Positions 9,177 through 18,589 of a DNA stretch of 64,000 bases are shown here, piece after piece. The notes beneath the pieces were generated by a model. The model was not told where the DNA came from. It searched no databases and was given only the letters and a program-made list of their open reading frames with translations. Position 1 is the first letter of the stretch; each line of letters begins with the position of its first letter. The DNA comes from Polyangiales bacterium (GTDB lineage: Bacteria; Myxococcota_A; Polyangia; Polyangiales; Polyangiaceae), in the NCBI GenBank assembly GCA_038230375.1, contig JBBRNJ010000028.1, positions 30,843 through 94,842 of the forward strand, written 5' to 3'. Made by a program: the position numbers and the translations under genes.

Positions 9177-9322
9177 TAGCATTTGGGTCGGTGAGGCCGA
9201 GATCGGCGGCGAGGCCAAGGCGCGACCGAGCACGGAGCGGAACGCACCTCTGTGCGTGAGCACCGCGCGGAAGGAGCAACGCCGGCATCGTCGTCGAGGT
9301 CGGCCTCAACGACCCGATGCTA
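9177..9322. mobile_element. 146-bp MITE-like non-autonomous element
   Basis: Imperfect ~35-bp terminal inverted repeats: TAGCATTTGGGTCGGTGAGGCCGAGATCGGCGGCGA versus reverse complement of right end TAGCATCGGGTCGTTGAGGCCGACCTCGACGACGA; inner hairpin; no credible ORF; right end CTA is the nuoD stop codon. Confidence 0.65.
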
Positions 9323-10534
9323 GTGATCGCATTCTCCGCCGATCATGTTCATGGACCCGAAGGTCGGAACGATGTCGGAGAGCATGGAGCCGTCGAGGAG
9401 CTTGGAGAGACCACCGACGATCGGGAAGCAGGGTGGTCGGATGCGGCATCGGTAGGGGGTGCCGCTGCCGTCGGACACCAGGTAGAAGCCGAGCTCGCCG
9501 TTGCCGCCCTCGGTGTACGAGTAGCACTCGCCCGCGGGGACCTTGGCGCCCTCCATGATCAGCTTGAAGTGCTGGATGGTGGCCTCGATGGTCGTGTAGA
9601 CGTCCTCCTTGGGCGGCAGGGCGACGCGGGGATCGTTGATGCTGACCGGGCCGTCGTCCGCCATGCGCTCGCAGACCTGTTCGATGATGCGCATGCTCTG
9701 ACGGATCTCGTGCATGCGAACCAGGAAGCGATCCAGGTTGTCGCCCTTGGTGCCCACGGGAACGTCGAAGTCGACCTCGTCGTACTTCAGGTACGGGTGC
9801 AGCTTCCGGATGTCGTACGCCTGACCCGACGCGCGGAGGCACGGGCCCGTCCACGAGAGCGCGATGGCGTAGGCCGCGCTGATCACGCCGACGTTCTCGA
9901 GGCGGTCGATGAAGATGCGGTTCTTCAGCAGCATCTTCTCGCCCTCTTCCATGAGGGAGAGCACCTTCGCGAGCGACGCCTTCGTCAGCTCCTTGAAGTC
10001 CTTCGTGGGGGGCGACGCCATTCCGCCGATGCGCCCGAACGAGTGCGTGAGGCGCGCGCCTGTCTCCTCCTCGAGGACGTCCCAGATCATCTCGCGCGCC
10101 TTCACGAACCAGAGGAACGGCGTGAACGCGCCGAGCTCCATGGCCATGGCGCCGGTGCACGTGAGGTGATCCGAGATGCGCGCGAGCTCGCCCAGCGCCA
10201 TGCGGTACCACTGGCAGCGCTCCGGCACCTCGATGTCGCAGAGCTTCTCCACCGCGAGCGCGTAGCCCACGTTGTTCAGCATGGGCGAGACGTAGTTCAG
10301 GCGGTCCGCGTACGGGAAGACCTGCGCCCACGTGCCACGCTCGCACATCTTCTCGAAGCCGCGGTGCAGATAGCCGATCTGCACGTCGCTCTTCAGGATG
10401 GTCTCACCGGAGAGCTCCAGGACGATGCGCACGGTGCCGTGCGTCGCGGTGTGCGACGGGCCCATGTTGAGGTGCATGGGATCTGCGGTTAGATAGAGTT
10501 CGCCGTCCTCGAGATCCAGATCGATAGGTTCCAT
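9320..10534 (-). CDS. nuoD: NADH-quinone oxidoreductase subunit D
   Basis: LNMGPSHTATHGTVR, GYLHRGFEK, DRLNY, GELGFYLVSDG..PYRCRIRPP, FGSMNMIGGECD. Confidence 0.96.
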   Translation of the reverse strand: MEPIDLDLEDGELYLTADPMHLNMGPSHTATHGTVRIVLELSGETILKSDVQIGYLHRGFEKMCERGTWAQVFPYADRLNYVSPMLNNVGYALAVEKLCDIEVPERCQWYRMALGELARISDHLTCTGAMAMELGAFTPFLWFVKAREMIWDVLEEETGARLTHSFGRIGGMASPPTKDFKELTKASLAKVLSLMEEGEKMLLKNRIFIDRLENVGVISAAYAIALSWTGPCLRASGQAYDIRKLHPYLKYDEVDFDVPVGTKGDNLDRFLVRMHEIRQSMRIIEQVCERMADDGPVSINDPRVALPPKEDVYTTIEATIQHFKLIMEGAKVPAGECYSYTEGGNGELGFYLVSDGSGTPYRCRIRPPCFPIVGGLSKLLDGSMLSDIVPTFGSMNMIGGECDH

Positions 10535-10537
10535 CGC

Positions 10538-11134
10538 TCAGGCCTCCCCACCATTGGTGAAGTGTTTGCGACCAAAGCTCATGCCTTCGTCGGGGCCGAA
10601 CGGCGCCTGCTTCTCGAGCGGCTTACCGTCCTCGTCCGTCTCACGATACGGGATGAGGGGCTGGGTCTTTTCTGCCGGGTAGTCCTTGAGGAGCGGGTGG
10701 CCCTCGAACTCGGGATACATGAGGATGCGACGGAGGTCGGGGTGGCCCTTGAACGTGACGCCGTACATGTCGAACGTCTCGCGCTCGAACCAGTTCGCGC
10801 CTGCCCAGACCGGGACCACCGTGTCGACGGCGCAGTTGACGAGCTCTTCGTCGACCGTCTCGCCGACGCGCGTCTTCAGACGCACGCGGTGACGCTTCTG
10901 CGTGGAATACAGGTGGATGACGACCTCGATGCGGGGCGCGCGCTCGGGAAAATCCACGCCGCAGAGGTCTGTCAGCATGTCGAACGACAGGCCCGGATCC
11001 TTGCGGCAGAACTCACACACCTCGCGCCAGCGCTCGCTCGCGATGACCGCGGTGTCGTCGCCGTGCTGCGAGTGCGTTTCGAGGATCGCGTCGCCGAACT
11101 TGGCGCGGAGCTTTTCGAGTGCAGCCTTGCTCAC
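10538..11134 (-). CDS. nuoC: NADH-quinone oxidoreductase subunit C
   Basis: DLCGVD, ANWFERETFDMYGVTFKGHPDLRRIL, GHPLLKDYP; GTG start at 11134 overlaps the nuoB stop (GTGA). Confidence 0.93.
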   Translation of the reverse strand: MSKAALEKLRAKFGDAILETHSQHGDDTAVIASERWREVCEFCRKDPGLSFDMLTDLCGVDFPERAPRIEVVIHLYSTQKRHRVRLKTRVGETVDEELVNCAVDTVVPVWAGANWFERETFDMYGVTFKGHPDLRRILMYPEFEGHPLLKDYPAEKTQPLIPYRETDEDGKPLEKQAPFGPDEGMSFGRKHFTNGGEA

Positions 11135-11718
11135 GTCGACTCCTTGTCGCTGGACCTTCCGCCCTTGTCGCCCTTCTTGCGGAGCTGGACGAGATCCTTC
11201 AGGGGATCTTCGCGCGGCTTCACGACGCCGGGGCGGCGATCGCCGCTCGCGATCTTGTCTTGCAGGAGCAGGAGGCCGTCGATCACGGCCTCGGGGCGCG
11301 GCGGGCACCCCGGGATGTAGACGTCGCACGGGATGATCTTGTCGATGCCCGCGACCGTCGTGTAGTTGTCGTAGAAGCCGCCCGAGCTTGCGCAGGTACC
11401 GAACGCAAGGACCCACTTCGGGGCCATCATCTGCTCGTACACGCGACGAAGAACGGGAGCCTGACGCTGGCTGATGGTGCCGACGACCCAGAGAAGGTCT
11501 GCCTGGCGCGGTGAGAAGCGCGGGGCCTCTGCGCCGAAGCGCGCAAGGTCGAAGCGGGGGCTGGCGAGCGCCATGTACTCCATGCCGCAGCACGCCGTGA
11601 CGAACGGATATGCGAAGAGCGAGTACTTGCGTGCCCAGCCGAGGAGCGCGTCCACCTTGGTGGTGGCGAAGCCGGCCTCGGAGCCCTCGAGCGTGACGGT
11701 GCGATTCAGTTCTCCCAT
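11131..11718 (-). CDS. nuoB: NADH-quinone oxidoreductase subunit B
   Basis: TACCGMEY, RFSPRQAD, FGTCASSGG, DVYIPGCPPRPE; start taken at MGELNRT (11718). Confidence 0.95.
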   Translation of the reverse strand: MGELNRTVTLEGSEAGFATTKVDALLGWARKYSLFAYPFVTACCGMEYMALASPRFDLARFGAEAPRFSPRQADLLWVVGTISQRQAPVLRRVYEQMMAPKWVLAFGTCASSGGFYDNYTTVAGIDKIIPCDVYIPGCPPRPEAVIDGLLLLQDKIASGDRRPGVVKPREDPLKDLVQLRKKGDKGGRSSDKEST

Positions 11719-12068
11719 TCGAGAGCTCCCTTCTTCACGCAGTAGACGAGGGCGACGATGACGACGGCCAGGAAGCCGAACATCGAGAACAGGCCGTTCC
11801 AGCCCAGGTTCTTGAACTGGATCGCCCACGGGTAGATGAACACCGCTTCGATGTCGAAGACCACGAACAGGATCGCCGTGAGGTAGAACTTCACGGAGAG
11901 CTTCAGGTGGTTGCCGCCGGAGCTGTCCGAGCCGCACTCGAACGGCATCATCATCTCTTCGGTCTGCTTCAGCTTGCCGCCCAGGAAGGTGGCACCGAGG
12001 AAGAAGACCCCCGCAAGCGCGAGGGCGACGAAGATCATCAGGAACATCGGGCCGTAAGTGGAGATCAT
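11706..12068 (-). CDS. nuoA: NADH-quinone oxidoreductase subunit A
   Basis: PFECG, VKFYLTAILFVVFDIEAVFIYPW, KKGALEW. Confidence 0.95.
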   Translation of the reverse strand: MISTYGPMFLMIFVALALAGVFFLGATFLGGKLKQTEEMMMPFECGSDSSGGNHLKLSVKFYLTAILFVVFDIEAVFIYPWAIQFKNLGWNGLFSMFGFLAVVIVALVYCVKKGALEWEN

Positions 12069-12119
12069 TCCGCCTCCTCTTCTAGTGGCAGCCGCCTTCC
12101 ACTGTCAATGACAGGTCCC

Positions 12120-13247
12120 TCAGGCGGAGGCGATGAGGCGGGCTTTCCAGGCGGTGAGGTGGGGGCCGAGCTTCTCCTCGATCTTGCGGAGATCCTGCGC
12201 GACGTCCTTTTCGGCCACGCCGGCGGCCATGGCGTCCTTCAGACAGGCGAACGCCGCGACGTAGCGATCGCGCTTGAGGTAGGCCTTTGCAAGGGGGACC
12301 ATCACCTCGTCGGGGCGGCCGCCGAACGCGAGCGAGCGGCGGAGGGGGCCGATGGCCTCTCCCGCGCGGTCGCTGGTGAGGAGCGCTTCGCCGAGGCGAC
12401 GGAACAGGTCTGCCGCGGCCACGCCTTCCTGCGCGTACTGGATGCCGATGCGGAAGACCTCTTCGGCCTGCTCGACCTCGCCCAGCTCCACGCACGCGGT
12501 GCCGAGGAGCCCGAGGCCCTTGGCGATGAGCGCGCGCGCATCCGGCGCGAGCATCTGCCCTTCCGGCGTGCGGAGGAAGATGGCGAGCGGCGCGGGCCAC
12601 GCGCCCAGGAGCTGGATGACCTTCGTCCAGTCCTTCTTGATGGACGCGGTCTCGGCCTCTGCGACCTTCGACAGATCGATGGCGGAGCGCGCGCCAGATT
12701 GTGCGCGATCGAGCTCCTCACGCACGTGCGCCCGGACGCGCATGCGGAACGTGTCGATGTCGTACGTCTCCTCGATGCCGTCGCGAAGGACAACGAGCTT
12801 TCCCTCGGCCTTTGCGCCGGAGCCTTCGATGACGAGGCTCCGCAGCGAATACGAGAAGAGCGGCGCGAGCAGCAGGTAGCGCACGCCGATGTAGAGCTGG
12901 ATGGCCTCGACGTCGGTCTCGCGTTCGGGGACCGGCTCCGTGCGATCTTCCTCGACCAGGAGCGCGCCGGTCAAACGGCGGCGAAAATCAGCGAGGGAGA
13001 GCCGCTGCGGCTCGAGATCCGCGTCCGCATCCCCTGCCCCGACGACGAAATCGACGATGGTCTGATCAGGGCTCCGGCGATCCACGGTGAGCGCCGTGAT
13101 GCGCGCGCCGACGATGATCGAGAACGCAAAGAATCGCTCACCGACGATCTCACAGAGGGCCTGGAAGCTCCCGATGCCTTCGCCGATGCGCTCGAACCAC
13201 CCATCGGTGCGGAGCGCGTCGAGGGAGAACTTCTTGGGCATCCTCAA
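12120..13247 (-). CDS. Hypothetical protein with C-terminal TPR repeats
   Basis: 375-aa ORF with TPR-like helices (LGTACVELGEVEQAEEVF, LGEALLTSDRAGEAIGPLRRSL). Confidence 0.75.
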   Translation of the reverse strand: MRMPKKFSLDALRTDGWFERIGEGIGSFQALCEIVGERFFAFSIIVGARITALTVDRRSPDQTIVDFVVGAGDADADLEPQRLSLADFRRRLTGALLVEEDRTEPVPERETDVEAIQLYIGVRYLLLAPLFSYSLRSLVIEGSGAKAEGKLVVLRDGIEETYDIDTFRMRVRAHVREELDRAQSGARSAIDLSKVAEAETASIKKDWTKVIQLLGAWPAPLAIFLRTPEGQMLAPDARALIAKGLGLLGTACVELGEVEQAEEVFRIGIQYAQEGVAAADLFRRLGEALLTSDRAGEAIGPLRRSLAFGGRPDEVMVPLAKAYLKRDRYVAAFACLKDAMAAGVAEKDVAQDLRKIEEKLGPHLTAWKARLIASA

Positions 13248-13302
13248 AACTTCTCACATTTCGCCAGCCTTCGTCGACAAGATTCAGGCGCGGCGGGGTC
13301 CT

Positions 13303-14163
13303 CTACCCCACCCAATGCCGACAGGCCGACTGGATTCCGCAGCCGTCGCAGCGGACCGGATCCTTCTTCGACGGGCATCGTCTCGAGATGCCGAGATGGC
13401 AGAGCGGGAAATCGAAGCGGACCGGGTCGATCGGGTCGAACGTGCGGAGCGCGGCCGTGATCTCCTCGGAGGTCCTCCAGTCGGCGGTCTTGCGATCCGT
13501 GAGGCCCAGGTTGTAGCCGAGCCGGTGCACGTGAACGTCCACCGGGATCTGCAAGGCGCTCGTGGGAAGGTTCCACTGCCCGAAGTCCACGCCTGGGTCC
13601 TTCCGGACCATCCAGCGGAAGAGCAACAGGAGACGCTTCACGCCACTGCCGGCGCGTGGGTTGGGAAGGAGATGCGAAGGTCCGCGTCGCGCGCCCTTCT
13701 CGCTCGTGTTCTTCGGGAATTTCCCTGCCGCGCGAATACGATCGTGGAACAGGCCGAGCGTCTCGCGGAGATCGTTCGTGGCCGCGAAGTCCTTCTCGAC
13801 CATCGCGCCAATCGATCCGAACTCCTGCTGCACGACGCTGGCACCGTAGAGAAGGCGCGCCACGTCCTCGCCGCGGAACAGCCGGTGGATGAAGCCCTGC
13901 ATCGCCTTGTGGAGCTTCGCCTCGTCGCGAACAGCACGCGCGGGGCTGGGGCCGATGCGCGCGAGCGCGTCCTTGATCTTCGCGCGGATGGTCGTGACGT
14001 TGCCGAACGCGAGCGAGGACGCGAGCACCGCCACGATCTCGCGATCCAGCGGATCGGTGAACGCATGTACGAGAGACACCGGATCGTTCGCGATACGATC
14101 CTTTGGTGCGTGCGACTTCTCCACGCGCAGCAGCGCCGCGAGCACCTTCTTTTTCCGTCTCAA
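13303..14163 (-). CDS. TIGR02757/DUF2400-like protein (HhH-GPD-related)
   Basis: DPVSLVH, DREI..LASSLAFG, KRLLLLFRWMVRKDPGVDFGQW, IPVDVHVHR, DPIDPVRFDFPL, and a C-terminal Cys cluster. Confidence 0.85.
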   Translation of the reverse strand: MRRKKKVLAALLRVEKSHAPKDRIANDPVSLVHAFTDPLDREIVAVLASSLAFGNVTTIRAKIKDALARIGPSPARAVRDEAKLHKAMQGFIHRLFRGEDVARLLYGASVVQQEFGSIGAMVEKDFAATNDLRETLGLFHDRIRAAGKFPKNTSEKGARRGPSHLLPNPRAGSGVKRLLLLFRWMVRKDPGVDFGQWNLPTSALQIPVDVHVHRLGYNLGLTDRKTADWRTSEEITAALRTFDPIDPVRFDFPLCHLGISRRCPSKKDPVRCDGCGIQSACRHWVG

Positions 14164-15179
14164 GGATCGTCGTCCGGCTCGGGCGCGAGGCCTTTTCCGA
14201 GCTCCTTTTGTCGCTTCTTCGCGAAGTCGAGGTGCTCCTTCGCGCGCCTGAGCCAGCGATCGTCACTCGTGGCCGCTCTCAGGTATTCGGTGAACCGGCG
14301 CTCGGCGCGCTCGGCATGCTGGAGCTTCGCGCGCGTGGTGTCGGAGTCCACCGTGAGCGCGAGCTCCCCGAGACCCAGGTAGTAGTCGCGCTCGTACGCC
14401 GGCACGAAGAAGACGACCCGACGGTCCGAGATGATCCCGAGCAGCCGATCGTGCGAGACCGCGCGTCGCGCCTCCAGCATGGCGCCCGAGGCGTCACCGT
14501 TGCGATCCTTCGCGACGGCCATGCCCCAGATCGCCAGGACGTAGGTGGTCACGCCACCGCCCGTGCGCACGCCCTGGGCGACCCGCAGCGCCTCCTCGTA
14601 GCCGGTGATGGCGTCCTTCAAGTTCCCGCGGCGCATCTCCGCTTCGGCCATGTTGAGAACCGCGCTCGCCCGCTGCTCCTCGTCGACCTCGGTCTGGAGG
14701 TACTGCTCGTACGCGGCGAGCTCCGACACGGGACGGTCCATCCGTGCGAACGCGTACGCCAGCGCATTCCACGCGCGCTCTGCCGCCACGTGGCCTGGCG
14801 CCATGGTGAGCGCCGACGTGAGTACGCTCACCGCCGCGGTGTTCTGCTCCAGCTTCTCGTACACCACGCCCAGATCGATCCGCAGCAGCGGATCCGGGCT
14901 GTCAGCGGCATGTGCGGCCTCGAGCATCTGCTTCGCGCGCTGGATGCCCCAGTCGTCGCCCACGTCGACCTCCTTGCCAAGGCTCGCTGCCTCTTGCGCG
15001 ATCATCGCGTGCACGTGGGTCGCGTAGCGCGGTTGGGCATTCTCGTCCTTCGCGCGATCCCACACCGTGGGGGGAGTCTCTGCGCGCACCACACGCGGAC
15101 ACGCGCACGCGAATGCAGAGGACACGCCTGCAAGTAGCGCAAGGCGTGCGAGGCGAGATCGTGGCCTTGTCGCGCTCAT
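14160..15179 (-). CDS. Secreted TPR-repeat protein
   Basis: Signal-peptide-like N-terminus from MSATRPR (15179) and several TPR units; overlaps both neighbours by 4 nt. Confidence 0.75.
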   Translation of the reverse strand: MSATRPRSRLARLALLAGVSSAFACACPRVVRAETPPTVWDRAKDENAQPRYATHVHAMIAQEAASLGKEVDVGDDWGIQRAKQMLEAAHAADSPDPLLRIDLGVVYEKLEQNTAAVSVLTSALTMAPGHVAAERAWNALAYAFARMDRPVSELAAYEQYLQTEVDEEQRASAVLNMAEAEMRRGNLKDAITGYEEALRVAQGVRTGGGVTTYVLAIWGMAVAKDRNGDASGAMLEARRAVSHDRLLGIISDRRVVFFVPAYERDYYLGLGELALTVDSDTTRAKLQHAERAERRFTEYLRAATSDDRWLRRAKEHLDFAKKRQKELGKGLAPEPDDDP

Positions 15180-16072
15180 CGCGGGCGCCCGGTCTGCGGC
15201 GCTCGCTTGGGGGCCGCGTGGTCCTGCGCGTGCGCGAGCCACGGGCTCTTCGGTGCGGCCTTGAGGTAGCGCGCCCAGGCCTCGCGCGCCTCCTGTGGCT
15301 TGTCCTTCGTGAGCGTCTCGGCGACGGCCGCGATGACCTCGGGCTCGGCCGACACGATCTCGAAGATCTCGTGGATGCGCGCCTCCTCGAAGAGCGACCG
15401 TACGTCGCCACGGTCCCCCAGCACGGCCTGCGCCTGCGCGACGTCACCGCTTCGATCGAGCGCGAGCGCAAGCAGCACCAGCGACACCGCGCGCGTCGAG
15501 TCCTGCGCCTCCGCGCGCGCCTGCCGGAAGATCGCCACTGTCTCGTCGATGTTCGCGGGCCCCTTCTGCATGAGCAGTAGCCCGGCCTCGATGTATGCGG
15601 CGGCGCGGTCGCGGCTATCGAGGAATGAGGCGCGCGGGAGCAGCGTGCGATACGCAGCCTCCGCCTCCGGCATGCGCTTGGTGCGCGCGAGCGTGCGGGA
15701 GAACGACAGCAGAACGGCGGGCTCGTCCACGGACCGCGGATCCAGCTTCTGTGCGGCCGTGAACGCCTGGAATGCCTCCTCCGGCTTTCCGAGCCGCTCG
15801 AGCGCGCGCGCATGGAGGATGCGCGCAGCGGGGCGATCGGGCGCGAGCTTCTCGGCCTCTTCCGCCTCTGCGAGGGCGGCGCGCGCGTTCTCGCGACCCG
15901 AGGTGAGCTTGCTTGTGGCGGAGGCGATGAGGTCGCAGTACGCACGCATCGAAGGCGCCTTCGCGCGCTCCCACGCGTTCGCGTGCACCACCGCGCACTC
16001 CTTGGGGCGCGCCCCGGAGAACGAGGCGGTGTCCGCCATGTGGAGCACGAAGACGATCGACGCGAGCAGCAC
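15176..16072 (-). CDS. Secreted TPR-repeat protein
   Basis: Probable GTG start (VLLASIVFVL) just after the purA stop; TPR units (ARALERLGKPEEAFQAFTAAQKLDP). Confidence 0.72.
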   Translation of the reverse strand: MLLASIVFVLHMADTASFSGARPKECAVVHANAWERAKAPSMRAYCDLIASATSKLTSGRENARAALAEAEEAEKLAPDRPAARILHARALERLGKPEEAFQAFTAAQKLDPRSVDEPAVLLSFSRTLARTKRMPEAEAAYRTLLPRASFLDSRDRAAAYIEAGLLLMQKGPANIDETVAIFRQARAEAQDSTRAVSLVLLALALDRSGDVAQAQAVLGDRGDVRSLFEEARIHEIFEIVSAEPEVIAAVAETLTKDKPQEAREAWARYLKAAPKSPWLAHAQDHAAPKRAPQTGRPR

Positions 16073-16076
16073 CCCT

Positions 16077-17348
16077 TCAGCGTACCATGGGATCGTGCGT
16101 GACGATGGTGGCGGCGCGCTCCTGGCCGGTGCCCACGAGCCACGCGGGGATGCCGAGCGCCTTCTCGACCATGTGGACATAGGCTCTTGCGGCGGCTGGC
16201 AACGACTCCATGGTGGAGCAGGTCGACAGGTCTTCCTTCCATCCCGCGAACGTCTCGTACACGGGCTCCGCGATGCCATCGAGTGGCAGGTCGTCCGTGA
16301 GCTTGCCGTTCACCTTGTAGGCCGTGCAGACCTGTAGCGTGTCCTCGCCCGACAGCACGTCCAGCTTGGTGAAGGCGAACCCGTTGAGCCCGTTGATGCG
16401 CGTGGCGTAGCGCAGCGCAGGCAGGTCGAGCCAGCCGGTGCGGCGCGGGCGACCCGTGACCGAGCCGAACTCACCACCGCGCTGCCGCAGGCGCTCGCCA
16501 GTGGCGTCGTTGAGCTCGGTGGGGAACGGACCACCGCCCACGCGCGTGGTGTAGGCCTTCACGAGTCCGACGACAGCGTCGATCTGCGTCGGGCCGATGC
16601 CCCCGCCCGTGCACGCGCCGCCGGCGGTCGCCGTGGACGACGTGACGAACGGATAGGTGCCGTGATCGATGTCGAGGAGCGTGCCCTGCGCGCCCTCCAT
16701 GAGGATGTTCTTCTTCGCGACGATCGCCTGGTGCACACGCTTCGCTGCGTCGCACACCATGGGCGCGAGCTCCTCACGGATGGGACCGAGCTTGTCGGTG
16801 ACCTCAGCAACGGTGGGCAGCGAGCCCCCGAGCGCCGCCACGACTGGTGCCCACGCGGTGAGTGCTTGCTCCACCGCCTTCTGCGTCTTCACAGCGTCCA
16901 TCAGCGTGCCGATGGTGACGCCGCGCCGCGCGATCTTGTCCTCGTAGCAAGGCCCGACGCCGCGCTTGGTCGTGCCGATCGCGTTCTCCCCGCTCTCGCG
17001 CAGACCGTCGACGATGATGTGGTACGGCAGGATGACGTGCGCGCGGTCAGACACCCAGAGCCGCTTGCGCGCCGTGACACCGCGCTTCTCCAGCATCGCG
17101 ATCTCGGAGAGCAGCACAATGGGATCGATCACCATGCCCTGCCCGAGCACGCACGATGTCTGCTCGTGAAGGATGCCGCTCGGCACCAGGCGCACGATCG
17201 TCTTCTCACCGCCGACGACGAGCGTGTGCCCCGCGTTCGGGCCGCCCGCATAGCGCACGACCATGTCGGCGTTCGCGGTGTAGAGGTCGACGACCTTGCC
17301 TTTGCCCTCGTCCCCCCACTGCGCGCCCACGATCACCACGGTCGCCAT
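16077..17348 (-). CDS. purA: Adenylosuccinate synthetase
   Basis: GAQWGDEGKGK, GGPNAGHT, IGTTKRGVGPCY, EGAQGTLLDIDHGTYPFVTSS, EFGSVTGRPRRTGWLD. Confidence 0.98.
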   Translation of the reverse strand: MATVVIVGAQWGDEGKGKVVDLYTANADMVVRYAGGPNAGHTLVVGGEKTIVRLVPSGILHEQTSCVLGQGMVIDPIVLLSEIAMLEKRGVTARKRLWVSDRAHVILPYHIIVDGLRESGENAIGTTKRGVGPCYEDKIARRGVTIGTLMDAVKTQKAVEQALTAWAPVVAALGGSLPTVAEVTDKLGPIREELAPMVCDAAKRVHQAIVAKKNILMEGAQGTLLDIDHGTYPFVTSSTATAGGACTGGGIGPTQIDAVVGLVKAYTTRVGGGPFPTELNDATGERLRQRGGEFGSVTGRPRRTGWLDLPALRYATRINGLNGFAFTKLDVLSGEDTLQVCTAYKVNGKLTDDLPLDGIAEPVYETFAGWKEDLSTCSTMESLPAAARAYVHMVEKALGIPAWLVGTGQERAATIVTHDPMVR

Positions 17349-17362
17349 CGCTTACTCCACGG

Positions 17363-18580
17363 TCATTTCCCAAGAAGACTTCGCAGCGGATCGGCGTCTC
17401 GGGCGGCCGCCTTTCCGCTTTTCCCTAGCACGCCATCTTCGGTGACGACGAACGAATAGCCCCAGGCCGCTGCGTACGCGAGCGCCGCGCTCCGCTCTTC
17501 ATGGACGACCACACGATAGCCGTGGCCGCGGAGCAGCGACGCATGCGCGGCCGTGGCTCGCACGAGGACCACGCTGCGCTCGACGTCGCGGCCCGTCTCC
17601 ACCCCAGCCGACTGCCCGCGCTGCTCGTCCCGGAGCGCCCACGCCAGGTGGTCCGTGTTGAGCGCGAAGCCCACCGCCGGCAGGTTCGCTCCGAAGCCTG
17701 CGGTGAGCGCGTCGTAGCGGCCGCCGCCACCGAGCGGTTCGCCTGGGCCCTCCGCGAAGAGTGCAAAGCGCATGCCCGTGTAGTATGCGAAGTGCCGGAC
17801 CTCGCCGGGATCACACGCGATGCGCGGCGCGACATTCTCCTTCACCGCGCGGTGCACGGTACGCGACAGCTCCGCGATCGCGTCGCGGGCGGGCGTCTTC
17901 GCGAGCAACTCCTCCGCCGCGACGAGCGAGTCCGCGCCGCCGAACGTCCGGCACAGCGCGACCAGCTGGGTCTCGTGCCGCAGGCCCCGCGCGGCATCGC
18001 GCACGCGCGCCACGTCCTTTTTTCCAAGCGCTGCGAGCACCGCGGAGGATACGTCGGTGGATGCGTCGTCGAGGAGCGCGCGGATCACACCCGCGTGCGA
18101 GAGCTCCAGCACGAAGCTCTGGAGCCCTGCGCGCCGCACGGACTCGCACGCCAGCGCAATGGCCTCCGCATCCGCCTCCGCCCCCGGTGCGCCAAGGAGC
18201 TCCGCGCCCACCTGCGCCAGCTGACGATGCTTGCGCGCGCGCCCTTCCTTGCGGCGCACCACCACGCCCTCCGTGGCGATGCGGTATGGCCCCGGCAAGG
18301 TGACAAGGCGCGTGGCCACGAGCCGCGCGACCTGCGGCGTCATGTCTGCACGCAGCGATGCGATCTCCCCCGACTCGGGCTCCACGAAGCGCAGCACGTC
18401 TCCGAGGTCGAGCGTTCCCAGTGCGGCATCCGCCACCCTCGACAACTCGAACACGGGCAGCACCACGGGCTCATACCCGTAGGACGCGAGGCACTCGTGG
18501 ATCGCGGACGCGATGCGACGCCGCTCCCTTGCCTCCCTGGGCAGGACGTCGTGGATGCCTTTCGGTAGTGACTGGGGCAT
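17363..18580 (-). CDS. hisZ: ATP phosphoribosyltransferase regulatory subunit
   Basis: HisRS-like motifs LPKGIHDVLP, LRADMTPQVAR, QVGAELLG, YYTGMRF, GGGRYD; upstream of purA, the usual hisZ context. Confidence 0.88.
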   Translation of the reverse strand: MPQSLPKGIHDVLPREARERRRIASAIHECLASYGYEPVVLPVFELSRVADAALGTLDLGDVLRFVEPESGEIASLRADMTPQVARLVATRLVTLPGPYRIATEGVVVRRKEGRARKHRQLAQVGAELLGAPGAEADAEAIALACESVRRAGLQSFVLELSHAGVIRALLDDASTDVSSAVLAALGKKDVARVRDAARGLRHETQLVALCRTFGGADSLVAAEELLAKTPARDAIAELSRTVHRAVKENVAPRIACDPGEVRHFAYYTGMRFALFAEGPGEPLGGGGRYDALTAGFGANLPAVGFALNTDHLAWALRDEQRGQSAGVETGRDVERSVVLVRATAAHASLLRGHGYRVVVHEERSAALAYAAAWGYSFVVTEDGVLGKSGKAAARDADPLRSLLGK

Positions 18581-18589
18581 GGCGGGTCG

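Noticed and set aside
10538..11937. Extended ORF-track versions of nuoC (351 aa) and nuoB (268 aa)
   Set aside because: The extensions overlap upstream nuo genes in other frames; real starts are 11134 and 11718
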